A stretch of 61,418 bases of DNA from a virus (Duplodnaviria > Caudoviricetes). This document shows positions 25,481-33,444 of the stretch, in pieces. The first letter of the stretch is position 1; the number at the start of each line of letters is the position of its first letter. The notes under the pieces were generated by a model. It had not been told where the DNA came from. It ran no database searches and saw only the letters and a program-made list of their open reading frames with translations. Position numbers and translations under genes: made by a program. Location: the IMG/VR virus record IMGVR_UViG_3300022179_000487, positions 1-61,418 of that record. One strand, 5' to 3'.

Positions 25481-25954
25481 ATGGGAATCGCAACTCATCT
25501 TGGCCCGTGGCTTTTGGGTACCAACCGTTATACGACTGGTACTGCCGCCGCCGACACCCGTAACACTGGCGCAACTCAAGTTGTTCAAGTTGACACCATC
25601 AACTTTAATGACGCTGACAACAGCAACGCCTTTGTTCTTCCCGCTGGCTCGTTGATTACGAATCTTCGGTTTATTACGACCACCACTTTTGACGCTGCTA
25701 CTACGATCACGTTGTCCATTGGTGGCACCGCAATCACTGCTGCTTTGACTGTGACCAACCCTGGCGTGTACTCGTTTACTGCCGCCGCTACTGAAGCCGC
25801 CGCTGCTCTGTGGGCCAATACTGGCACGACCGACAAGTTTGTAACCTACACGGTTGCACAAGGTGCTTCTACTGCTGGTGTTGGACAGATTGTTGCTGAG
25901 TACGTGGTTCGCAACTCTGACGGCACGATGTATCAGTCTGCTGGTCAGGTCTAA
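25481..25954 (+). CDS. Putative minor virion structural protein
   Basis: Thr/Ala-rich beta protein; LPAGS.I motif. Confidence 0.65.
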   Translation: MGIATHLGPWLLGTNRYTTGTAAADTRNTGATQVVQVDTINFNDADNSNAFVLPAGSLITNLRFITTTTFDAATTITLSIGGTAITAALTVTNPGVYSFTAAATEAAAALWANTGTTDKFVTYTVAQGASTAGVGQIVAEYVVRNSDGTMYQSAGQV

Positions 25955-25962
25955 TTAGTCTC

Positions 25963-25978
25963 GGGGGCTTCGGCCCCC
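25963..25978 (+). terminator. GC hairpin with UUCG loop (weak terminator or stabiliser)
   Basis: GGGGGC-TTCG-GCCCCC; short U-tract. Confidence 0.5.
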
Positions 25979-25997
25979 ATTTACAAGGAGATTAGTT

Positions 25998-26270
25998 ATG
26001 GCAATGCAAACTGATGTCAAAGGCGTTAGTTGCCCGGCAAGTACGGACACCACTGCGTACAACGGGCGTACCCGTTTGAAGGGCCTGTATTACAGCGCCT
26101 CTGCTGCAAGCTCTGTTGCTGTTAAAGACGGCGCAACAACCCTCTTTACGTTCACGATCGCCGCCGCTGACTCTAGCTACGTTATCCTCCCTGGAGAGGG
26201 TGCCGTGGTTCAGACCAGCTTGGTGATTACTGTTGGCGCAAACTGCACTGCGGTGGCATTCTATGGCTGA
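25998..26270 (+). CDS. Small virion structural protein (putative)
   Basis: AAGGAG RBS; beta-rich; ends FYG. Confidence 0.65.
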   Translation: MAMQTDVKGVSCPASTDTTAYNGRTRLKGLYYSASAASSVAVKDGATTLFTFTIAAADSSYVILPGEGAVVQTSLVITVGANCTAVAFYG

Positions 26271-27015
26271 AGAAAAGCGTCCCGTCGATTTGAATGGTCG
26301 TAAGTTGATGATTGCTATCCCGGCGTATGACGGGCGAGTAAACATCAAGACGGCTATTGCCTTGGCAAAACTAACGCCCGAGACAAACAAGTTTGGCGTG
26401 ACGCTTTATATCAGCCACATCTCTGGCTGTTCCCTGATTACCAAGGCTCGCAATGCTTTGGTTGCGGACTTCCTCGAGACGGACGCGAATACCCTGCTGT
26501 TTGTAGACTCTGACGTCATCATCACACCTGACGCTGTTCTTCGTTTGCTGGCTGTGAGCCAGGGTAAGGACATTACGGCTGGTGTTTATCCCCGCCGTGG
26601 GGCGGACCGTTGTTTCTTTATGGACATCCATACTGACGAAGAGACAAACCAGTTGGTGTTTGACGAAAACGGGATGCTACAGATCCGCCGTATTGGCACT
26701 GGGTTCATGATGATCCAGCGGCATGTGTTGGAGACGATGGTCAAGAACCACCCTGAGTGGCGCTACATCAACGATACAAAGAATCGTGATGAGTATGCGA
26801 TTTTCGACTTTGGGGTTTACAACGGCAAGTATTACGGCGAGGACTATCTGTTCTGCGACCGTGCAACTGCTGAAGGTTTTACCGTGTTTCTGGACCCGAC
26901 TATCAGCTTGCCGCACGTAGGGACTCAGGAGTTTGAGCGTAACTTTGAAGAAGATGCACTGAAGCCCCTTATTGAAGAATTCTGCACGCCCAAACTGAAA
27001 GTCGCATATGGCTAA
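26263..27015 (+). CDS. GT-A fold glycosyltransferase-like protein
   Basis: IAIPAY, ARNALV, LLFVDSD (DxD), GTGFMMI.R, GEDYLFC, LPHVG. Confidence 0.8.
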   Translation: MAEEKRPVDLNGRKLMIAIPAYDGRVNIKTAIALAKLTPETNKFGVTLYISHISGCSLITKARNALVADFLETDANTLLFVDSDVIITPDAVLRLLAVSQGKDITAGVYPRRGADRCFFMDIHTDEETNQLVFDENGMLQIRRIGTGFMMIQRHVLETMVKNHPEWRYINDTKNRDEYAIFDFGVYNGKYYGEDYLFCDRATAEGFTVFLDPTISLPHVGTQEFERNFEEDALKPLIEEFCTPKLKVAYG

Positions 27016-27253
27016 GACACCTGCATGGCAACGCAAGGAAGGCAAGAATCCCAAGGGCGGACTGAACGCCAAGGGGCGCGCCTCTGCGAAAAAGCAGGGC
27101 ATGAACTTGAAACCTCCCCAGCCGGAAGGCGGCAAACGCCGAGACTCTTTCTGCGCCCGTATGGAGGGGATGAAGAAGAAGCTCACGTCCGAGAAGACGG
27201 CAAAAGACCCGAATTCACGGATTAACAAAAGCCTGCGGGCATGGAATTGTTAA
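27008..27253 (+). CDS. Small basic protein (DUF6321-like)
   Basis: KNPKGGLN..GR, RRDSFCARM, SLRAWNC. Confidence 0.75.
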   Translation: MAKTPAWQRKEGKNPKGGLNAKGRASAKKQGMNLKPPQPEGGKRRDSFCARMEGMKKKLTSEKTAKDPNSRINKSLRAWNC

Positions 27254-27261
27254 GGACTGAT

Positions 27262-27636
27262 ATGCCAAATCCTAAGTACCTAGAGAACCTGAAGCGTTAT
27301 GGTCCTAAGGCCCGTGACCGTGCTGCTGATCTGGAAGAGATGGCGGCATTGGCCAATGCACGTCCTTCTCGTTCTGACATGCAAGAGTCCAACTTCCGAG
27401 CCATTGTTGGCCAGCCTTCAGCTCGTAAAGAATCGGCCCGCCTGGCTCAAGAGGTAAGCGAGCTGGGTGACCAGTACAAGCGTGAAGCTCGTGGAGTTGG
27501 GGCCCCTGATGACGATGGAATCATTAGCAAGATTAAGTCTGCTGCCGGCATGAAAAAGGGTGGTAAGGTTGGATCTGCCTCTAAGCGCGCTGACGGTATT
27601 GCCCAGCGTGGAAAGACTAAGGGTCGGATGATCTGA
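27262..27636 (+). CDS. Small protein with MKKGG and ASKRADGIAQRGKTKG tail
   Basis: AAGGA RBS; motif shared with 28274..28555. Confidence 0.75.
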   Translation: MPNPKYLENLKRYGPKARDRAADLEEMAALANARPSRSDMQESNFRAIVGQPSARKESARLAQEVSELGDQYKREARGVGAPDDDGIISKIKSAAGMKKGGKVGSASKRADGIAQRGKTKGRMI

Positions 27637-27638
27637 TC

Positions 27639-27887
27639 ATGGAAATGATGTTGTGGAACGCCTTGCTGACTACATTGCTCGGGTTGCTAGGTTGGAATCT
27701 GAAGGAAAAGTCGGAGGAAATATCCCGGCTACAGATTCTGCTGAACCGGACAAGGGAAGAAGTCGCCAAGGAATATGTGACGAAAGTGGATGTCCACCAC
27801 GACATCAATCGGGTTCTGGACCGGATAGACCGTCTGGAAAGCAAGATTGATACGTTTATCAGGGAGCAAAAAAGTGCCCTCGGTTAG
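27639..27887 (+). CDS. Small protein with N-terminal TM and coiled coil
   Basis: Hydrophobic N-terminus then heptad pattern. Confidence 0.75.
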   Translation: MEMMLWNALLTTLLGLLGWNLKEKSEEISRLQILLNRTREEVAKEYVTKVDVHHDINRVLDRIDRLESKIDTFIREQKSALG

Positions 27888-28263
27888 CAAGAAACAACAT
27901 AACTTCATGGAAGCCGTGGCCCATAACCCGGCATTTGCGAAGAAGGTAGGCGTCCCTCAATCTGTGGGGCAAGAGTTCAGCAAGGCGGACAAAGGCCGCA
28001 AATTTTCTAAAGGTGGTGACATGAAAGAGTCCAAAGCAATGATGAAAAAAGAAGTTGGCTTTATGAAAGCCAAGGGCGCACCCAAGTCCATGATCAAACA
28101 TGAGATGGCCGAGGCGGGCATGAAAAAAGGTGGCTCTGTGTCCCCGTCCAAAATGGGCAAGGTAATGGCCGGTGGTAAGCGTCCGCATGGTGAGCACTCT
28201 GTACAGCAGAAAGGCCACACCAAGGGCAAACAGATCACCATGAAGCGCGGCGGGAAGTGCTAA
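27874..28263 (+). CDS. Basic Met/Lys-rich protein with repeated KGG motifs
   Basis: GTG start (MPSVSKKQ) after GGGAG; FSKGG, MKKGG, MKRGG. Confidence 0.75.
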   Translation: MPSVSKKQHNFMEAVAHNPAFAKKVGVPQSVGQEFSKADKGRKFSKGGDMKESKAMMKKEVGFMKAKGAPKSMIKHEMAEAGMKKGGSVSPSKMGKVMAGGKRPHGEHSVQQKGHTKGKQITMKRGGKC

Positions 28264-28273
28264 GGAGGCCATC

Positions 28274-28555
28274 ATGGCAACCAAGAAACAAGCTGGTGCT
28301 GGTAGGGGATTTGTAAACCCACAGCGCACTGATGAGTCTGATGCTGAATACGTGACGCCCAAACAGCGTTACGACATGGAAAAGCAGATGGAAGAAGAGA
28401 AGGCTTCTGCTCAAGCCGAGAAAGCCTATAACAAGGCCACTGGCTATGCTAAAGGCGGCATGACTGCTTCCAAGCGTGCAGATGGTATTGCTCAACGCGG
28501 CAAGACCCGTGGCACGATAATCATGTGCGGCGGCGGTTACGCCAAGGGGAAATAA
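28274..28555 (+). CDS. Small protein with YAKGG and ASKRADGIAQRGKTRG
   Basis: AAGGAGG RBS. Confidence 0.75.
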   Translation: MATKKQAGAGRGFVNPQRTDESDAEYVTPKQRYDMEKQMEEEKASAQAEKAYNKATGYAKGGMTASKRADGIAQRGKTRGTIIMCGGGYAKGK

Positions 28556-28556
28556 C

Positions 28557-28811
28557 ATGATGGCCAGTCGCGGCATGGGGGACATTGCCCCCTCTAAGAT
28601 GCCCAGCGGAAAGCGTAAAGCTCGCCGGGACAACACTGATTTCACTCAGTATGCCAAGGGTGGTGAGGTCTGGAGCAAGCCGCGTCCTGAAAGCCTGGGT
28701 GCTCCCAAGAAGCTAAGCTCTGCCAAGAAGGCAAAAGCTAAGGCTGCGGCCAAAGCTGCTGGTCGGCCCTACCCCAACATGATTGACAATATCCGGGCTG
28801 CAATGAAATGA
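28557..28811 (+). CDS. Small basic protein with YAKGG
   Basis: MMASRGMG...GRPYPNMIDN. Confidence 0.7.
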   Translation: MMASRGMGDIAPSKMPSGKRKARRDNTDFTQYAKGGEVWSKPRPESLGAPKKLSSAKKAKAKAAAKAAGRPYPNMIDNIRAAMK

Positions 28812-29743
28812 GTTACACGACTGGCACAACCCTATTTAACCTGGACTTCACGGAATTAGCCGAGGAAGCGTGGGAGCGTGCTGGTCGTGAAATGCGTTCC
28901 GGTTATGACTTGCGGACTGCCCGCCGGTCTATGAACCTGATGACCATTGAGTGGGCTAACCGTGGTCTGAATATGTGGACGATTGAGGAAGGCAGTATCA
29001 CGCTAACGCCTGGATTAAACACCTATCCGCTGCCGCTGGATACGATTGACCTGCTAGACCATGTGATTCGTACTGGGGGTAACGTATCTTCCACCCAGGC
29101 CGACCTTACCATCTCTCGCATTAGTGTTTCGACCTATGCGACGATCCCAAACAAGCTCACCCAGGCCCGTCCTATTCAGGTGTGGATCCAGCGTCTGTCA
29201 GGGGAAACAAATCCAACTACCCTGAAGCTGGATGGGAACATTAACTCAACCGTAACTACGATCAATCTGACATCCACGGTGGGCCTTGCGGCCGCTGGCT
29301 ACATCAAGCTGGATTCAGAGGTTATCTATTACGGCTACATCGACGGCAACTCGCTGGGCGGGTGTTTCCGGGCTCAGAACAATACGACGGCGGCATCTCA
29401 TACGGATCAGACTCTGGTCTACGTGCCCCAGTTGCCAGCTGTCACGGTCTGGCCAACCCCGGACAGTTCTACGACCTATCAGTTTGTGTACTGGCGTATG
29501 CGTAGGATCCAGGACACTGGAGCTGGTGTGCAGGTTGGTGATGCAAACTTTCGTTTTTTACCTGCCGCCGCCGCTGGTTTGGCGTACTACATCGCTATGA
29601 AACAGCCCGAGCTGATGCAACGTGTGGAAATGCTGAAAGCCGCTTACGACGAGCAGTTTGCCCTGGCCGCTGGTGAAGATCATGAGAAAGCGCCGATCCG
29701 GTTTGTGCCGCGTCAGCAGTTCATCGGAGGGAGTACTCCGTAA
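28808..29743 (+). CDS. Putative head-tail adaptor protein
   Basis: Helical N-terminus (EEAWERAG, EWANRGLN), VWPTPD, inserted beta domain; synteny. Confidence 0.6.
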   Translation: MSYTTGTTLFNLDFTELAEEAWERAGREMRSGYDLRTARRSMNLMTIEWANRGLNMWTIEEGSITLTPGLNTYPLPLDTIDLLDHVIRTGGNVSSTQADLTISRISVSTYATIPNKLTQARPIQVWIQRLSGETNPTTLKLDGNINSTVTTINLTSTVGLAAAGYIKLDSEVIYYGYIDGNSLGGCFRAQNNTTAASHTDQTLVYVPQLPAVTVWPTPDSSTTYQFVYWRMRRIQDTGAGVQVGDANFRFLPAAAAGLAYYIAMKQPELMQRVEMLKAAYDEQFALAAGEDHEKAPIRFVPRQQFIGGSTP

Positions 29744-30126
29744 TGGGCGAGAGGTTCTCATCCGGCAAATTTGCGATCTCCCAGTGCGATCGCTGTGGCT
29801 TTCGTTTCAAATTGAAGCAGCTCAAGTTTGAGGTCATCAAGACCAAGCTGTACCAGTTGAAAGTCTGTCCAGAATGCTGGGATCCAGATCAGCCGCAGTT
29901 GCAGCTTGGAATGTACCCAGTTGACGATCCGCAGGCCGTGCGCCAGCCAAGACCGGATACGACGTACTACACTGCTGGATTGGATGCCAATGGGTTCCCA
30001 TCTGGTGGTTCTCGAGATATTCAGTGGGGATGGGCCCCGGTTGGTGGATCTAGCTTTTTTGATGTCGGTTTAACACCAAACTACTTGGTGGCGACGACAA
30101 GTGTTGGTACAGTGTCAGTATCTTAA
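29743..30126 (+). CDS. Zn-ribbon-like protein in the virion module
   Basis: CDRCGF...VCPECWD. Confidence 0.7.
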   Translation: MGERFSSGKFAISQCDRCGFRFKLKQLKFEVIKTKLYQLKVCPECWDPDQPQLQLGMYPVDDPQAVRQPRPDTTYYTAGLDANGFPSGGSRDIQWGWAPVGGSSFFDVGLTPNYLVATTSVGTVSVS

Positions 30127-30137
30127 AGGAGCCAGAA

Positions 30138-30329
30138 ATGGACAAGAAAGACTTGAAACAAGACAAGAAGATGATCGCATCTGCTGTGCATAAGCATGAA
30201 GCCAAGATGCATCCTGGCAAGCCCATGACCAAGCTGGCCAAGGGTGGTGTTACCTCTGCGAACATGAAGAAGTACGGACGCAACCTGGCCCGTGCCATGA
30301 ACCAGAAATCCTCGACCCGTGGAGGTTAA
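30138..30329 (+). CDS. Small basic protein with LAKGG
   Basis: AAGGAG RBS. Confidence 0.7.
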   Translation: MDKKDLKQDKKMIASAVHKHEAKMHPGKPMTKLAKGGVTSANMKKYGRNLARAMNQKSSTRGG

Positions 30330-30330
30330 T

Positions 30331-30597
30331 ATGGCCAAGTTCAGCAAAAAGATGATGGGTAAAGAAGTTGGCCAGGCCAGCGTCTATGCTGAGCCCCACA
30401 CCATGAAGGGTAAGGCCGTGAAGATTGAAGAGAACCCTGGCAAGAGCCCCAATCGTAGCAAGCTGGACACGTACAATCTGTCTGTTGGCGCGGTTAGCAA
30501 AGCTGCAGGGGATCAGCCGGTCAAGACGGATGGCATCAAGATCCGTGGCACTGGTGCGGCTACCAAAGGTGTGATGGCACGAGGCCCGATGGCCTGA
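30331..30597 (+). CDS. Small basic protein ending RGTGAATKG..ARGPMA
   Basis: GGAGG RBS. Confidence 0.7.
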   Translation: MAKFSKKMMGKEVGQASVYAEPHTMKGKAVKIEENPGKSPNRSKLDTYNLSVGAVSKAAGDQPVKTDGIKIRGTGAATKGVMARGPMA

Positions 30598-30604
30598 GGT
30601 TAAT

Positions 30605-31264
30605 ATGACCTACGATGAGCTGGTTACCCAGGTTAATGATTACATCGAGAACTCGTTCCCGACGAGTAACATTGACACCTTCATTAAACAAGCTGAGTCC
30701 CGTATATACAACACGGTGCAGCTGGCGTCTTTGCGTAAGAACGTGACGGGTACAGCTACCGTAGGGAATAAGTATCTTCAATGCCCCACTGACTTCCTGT
30801 CGGTGTATTCGATTGCCGTTATCTCAGACAGCGAGTATCTGTATCTGCTCAACAAAGACGTGAACTTCATCCGTGAAGCCTATCCGAGCACGGCCGCTGC
30901 TTACCGCGGTAAACCCAAGCATTACGCAATCTTTGGCCCCCGGTCAGATAACGAGGATGAGCTGAGCTTTATCCTGGGCCCCACGCCTGATCTGTCTTAT
31001 GAGGTTGAGTTGCATTACTTCTACCTGCCCGAATCCATTGTGGACGCGGCGGATGGTCGTACGTGGCTTGGCGACAACTTCGACTCTGCTCTGCTGTACG
31101 GCACCTTGATGGAAGCCGCTACCTATACCAAGGCAGAGCAAGATATGGTTAAGCTGTACAGCGATCGGTATGTGCAGGCAATTGCTCTCTTGAAGAACCT
31201 TGGCGACGGGAAGCAGAGGGCCGACGCATACAGAGACGGCCAAGTTAGGGTGCCGGTGTCATGA
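30605..31264 (+). CDS. Putative tail tubular/adaptor protein
   Basis: FIKQAESRI, P.DFL, GPTPD, ALLYGTL.EA. Confidence 0.65.
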   Translation: MTYDELVTQVNDYIENSFPTSNIDTFIKQAESRIYNTVQLASLRKNVTGTATVGNKYLQCPTDFLSVYSIAVISDSEYLYLLNKDVNFIREAYPSTAAAYRGKPKHYAIFGPRSDNEDELSFILGPTPDLSYEVELHYFYLPESIVDAADGRTWLGDNFDSALLYGTLMEAATYTKAEQDMVKLYSDRYVQAIALLKNLGDGKQRADAYRDGQVRVPVS

Positions 31265-31674
31265 GCATTGTTCAAACCCAGACCACCAGCTTCAAGGCCG
31301 AGCTCTACGAGGGGGTCCACAACCTTCTCGTGGACGATATTTACATGGCTTTGTACACGGCCAATGCGACTTTAGACGCAGACACGACCGTGTATTCCTC
31401 TACCAACGAGGTGACTGGTACGGGCTATGTGGCTGGCGGGGTTCAGATGACGGGCATTACTATCCAGACGTCTGGGTATACGGTCTATGTCAATTTTGAC
31501 AACGTTGCGTTCAATGCCAGTCTGACGGCGCGGTGTGCGCTAATTTACAACGCATCCCAGGGCAACAAATCAATTGCCGTGCTGGACTTTGGGTCTGACA
31601 AGACATCCACCAACTTCACGGTCACGATGCCGCAGAACACGGCAACGTCGGCTTTAATACGTTCATCTAACTAA
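31261..31674 (+). CDS. Putative tail structural protein
   Basis: SFK.EL, ALYT, NEV.GTGY.AGG, VLDFG. Confidence 0.65.
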   Translation: MSIVQTQTTSFKAELYEGVHNLLVDDIYMALYTANATLDADTTVYSSTNEVTGTGYVAGGVQMTGITIQTSGYTVYVNFDNVAFNASLTARCALIYNASQGNKSIAVLDFGSDKTSTNFTVTMPQNTATSALIRSSN

Positions 31675-31684
31675 GGAGCGGTCC

Positions 31685-32254
31685 ATGACCACCGAATTCT
31701 TGAAAGCCACAGACAAAATCGAAGGCGGCATGATCGCCAACACCGGCTCGGGCGAGACCGCCAAGGCTACGGGCCAGTACTTTATTGAGTGCTTTGACAA
31801 AGACGGCAACCTGAAATGGCGTGACGAGACCCACAACCTGGTTGTGAACGTCGGCCTGCAGTACATGGCCGGTGTGGCTCTAACCTCGACCACCCAGATC
31901 ACGACTTGGTATATTGGTCTGTACGGTGCTGGCGCATCTAACACCCCTGCGGCTACTGACACCCTGGCTCTCCACGGTGGCTGGACTGAGATCACCCCTT
32001 ACTCTGGCAACCGCCCTGCGGCTACGTTTGCTGCGGCTACTAACGCTAACCCGTCTGTGGTGACCAACTCGGCTTCTAAGGCCAGCTTCAGCATCAACGC
32101 TACGGCAACGGTGGGCGGGGCTTTCCTGGCTTCGGCAGCTTCTGGTACGAGTGGCACGCTGTTCTCGGCCGCTGACTTCCAGTCTCCTGGCGACCGCTCT
32201 GTGGTATCGGGTGATGTTTTGACAGTTACTTACAGTTTCTCTCTTAGCGCTTAA
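31685..32254 (+). CDS. Putative tail structural protein
   Basis: NLVVNVG, WYIGL, GTLFSAA, VVSGD.L.VTY. Confidence 0.65.
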   Translation: MTTEFLKATDKIEGGMIANTGSGETAKATGQYFIECFDKDGNLKWRDETHNLVVNVGLQYMAGVALTSTTQITTWYIGLYGAGASNTPAATDTLALHGGWTEITPYSGNRPAATFAAATNANPSVVTNSASKASFSINATATVGGAFLASAASGTSGTLFSAADFQSPGDRSVVSGDVLTVTYSFSLSA

Positions 32255-32284
32255 TTTAATGGCGACGTACTCACGAGATGAATA

Positions 32285-33436
32285 ATGGCAGAAGGCGGCT
32301 GGGGGTCCGGTACATGGGGTCAAGCTGGCTGGGGTGATTCGGTTTATGACCGTGACCTGGCCGAGACTGCCACGGGCGCTGACAGCATATCGTCTAATCC
32401 CACCTTTGCCTCTAGCATCTCTGAGACCGCCACGGGGGCTGATACTGTATCGGCCCTGGCTTCGTTTGAATCTAGCATTGCTGAGACGGCGAGTGGGTCT
32501 GACTCCATAAATGGCAACGTAGACTTCCAGGTCGCTGTAGATGAGACGGCAAGCGGTTCTGACAGCATTGAGGCAAGCCAAGACTTTGGGGTGGCGGTAA
32601 CAGAAAGCGCCAGCGGGTCAGACTCAATAGAGGCTACGCCTACCTATTCCACGGTTATCTCTGAGACTGCCACGGGTGCGGACAGCGTAGAGGCCCAGGC
32701 GGCGTTTGACTCGGCTATTAGCGAGACAGCTACTGGGGCGGACTCGATTGACTCCAATGTCTCGGTCTTTGCCTCTGTGGCGGAGACGGCTTCTGGGTCT
32801 GACGAAATATCGGCCAATGCCAATTTCGGGGTGGGTATCAGTGAGAGTGCGTCTGGATCGGATACTGATGCGTCAAATCCAGATTTCCAGGGTGTAACAA
32901 GTGACACTGCCACGGGCGCGGATACCATATCTGCCACGCCAACATACCCCGGCGAGGTGTCTGAAACGGCCACGGCAGCTGATGAGACGGCTTCTCAGTT
33001 TGAGTTTTTTGGCAACATTCTTGAGACCGCCACGGCCACGGATGAGGTATCTGCCAGTGTGAATTTCCAGAGCTCGGTGAGCGAGACGGCTACGGGTACG
33101 GATTCTGATGTTGGGTTCTTGACCATGATGGCCGAAGTGCTGGAGACGGCTACGGCGGCAGCTCAGTTTGTGGCGGCTATGAACTACATGGCTGCTATAT
33201 CCGAGGCAGCGACGGCGGCAGACTTTATCTACGCCGAGTATCTCTGGAACCCGATCGACGACACTCAGACGGCCAACTGGGGGAATATCAACAATGAACA
33301 GACGCCTGGCTGGACCCAGGTCACGGATACGCAGTCGCCGGGGTGGACGGCTGTGGGGACAACTCAAACGCCGGGGTGGGCTAATGTGGATGACACGCAG
33401 GCTCCTAACTGGCAAAATATCAACACGAACTCGTAG
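32285..33436 (+). CDS. Acidic repeat fibre-like protein
   Basis: About 15 x 20-aa ETAxGxD repeats, then 11-aa Trp repeats. Confidence 0.75.
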   Translation: MAEGGWGSGTWGQAGWGDSVYDRDLAETATGADSISSNPTFASSISETATGADTVSALASFESSIAETASGSDSINGNVDFQVAVDETASGSDSIEASQDFGVAVTESASGSDSIEATPTYSTVISETATGADSVEAQAAFDSAISETATGADSIDSNVSVFASVAETASGSDEISANANFGVGISESASGSDTDASNPDFQGVTSDTATGADTISATPTYPGEVSETATAADETASQFEFFGNILETATATDEVSASVNFQSSVSETATGTDSDVGFLTMMAEVLETATAAAQFVAAMNYMAAISEAATAADFIYAEYLWNPIDDTQTANWGNINNEQTPGWTQVTDTQSPGWTAVGTTQTPGWANVDDTQAPNWQNINTNS

Positions 33437-33444
33437 GAGTCTTT

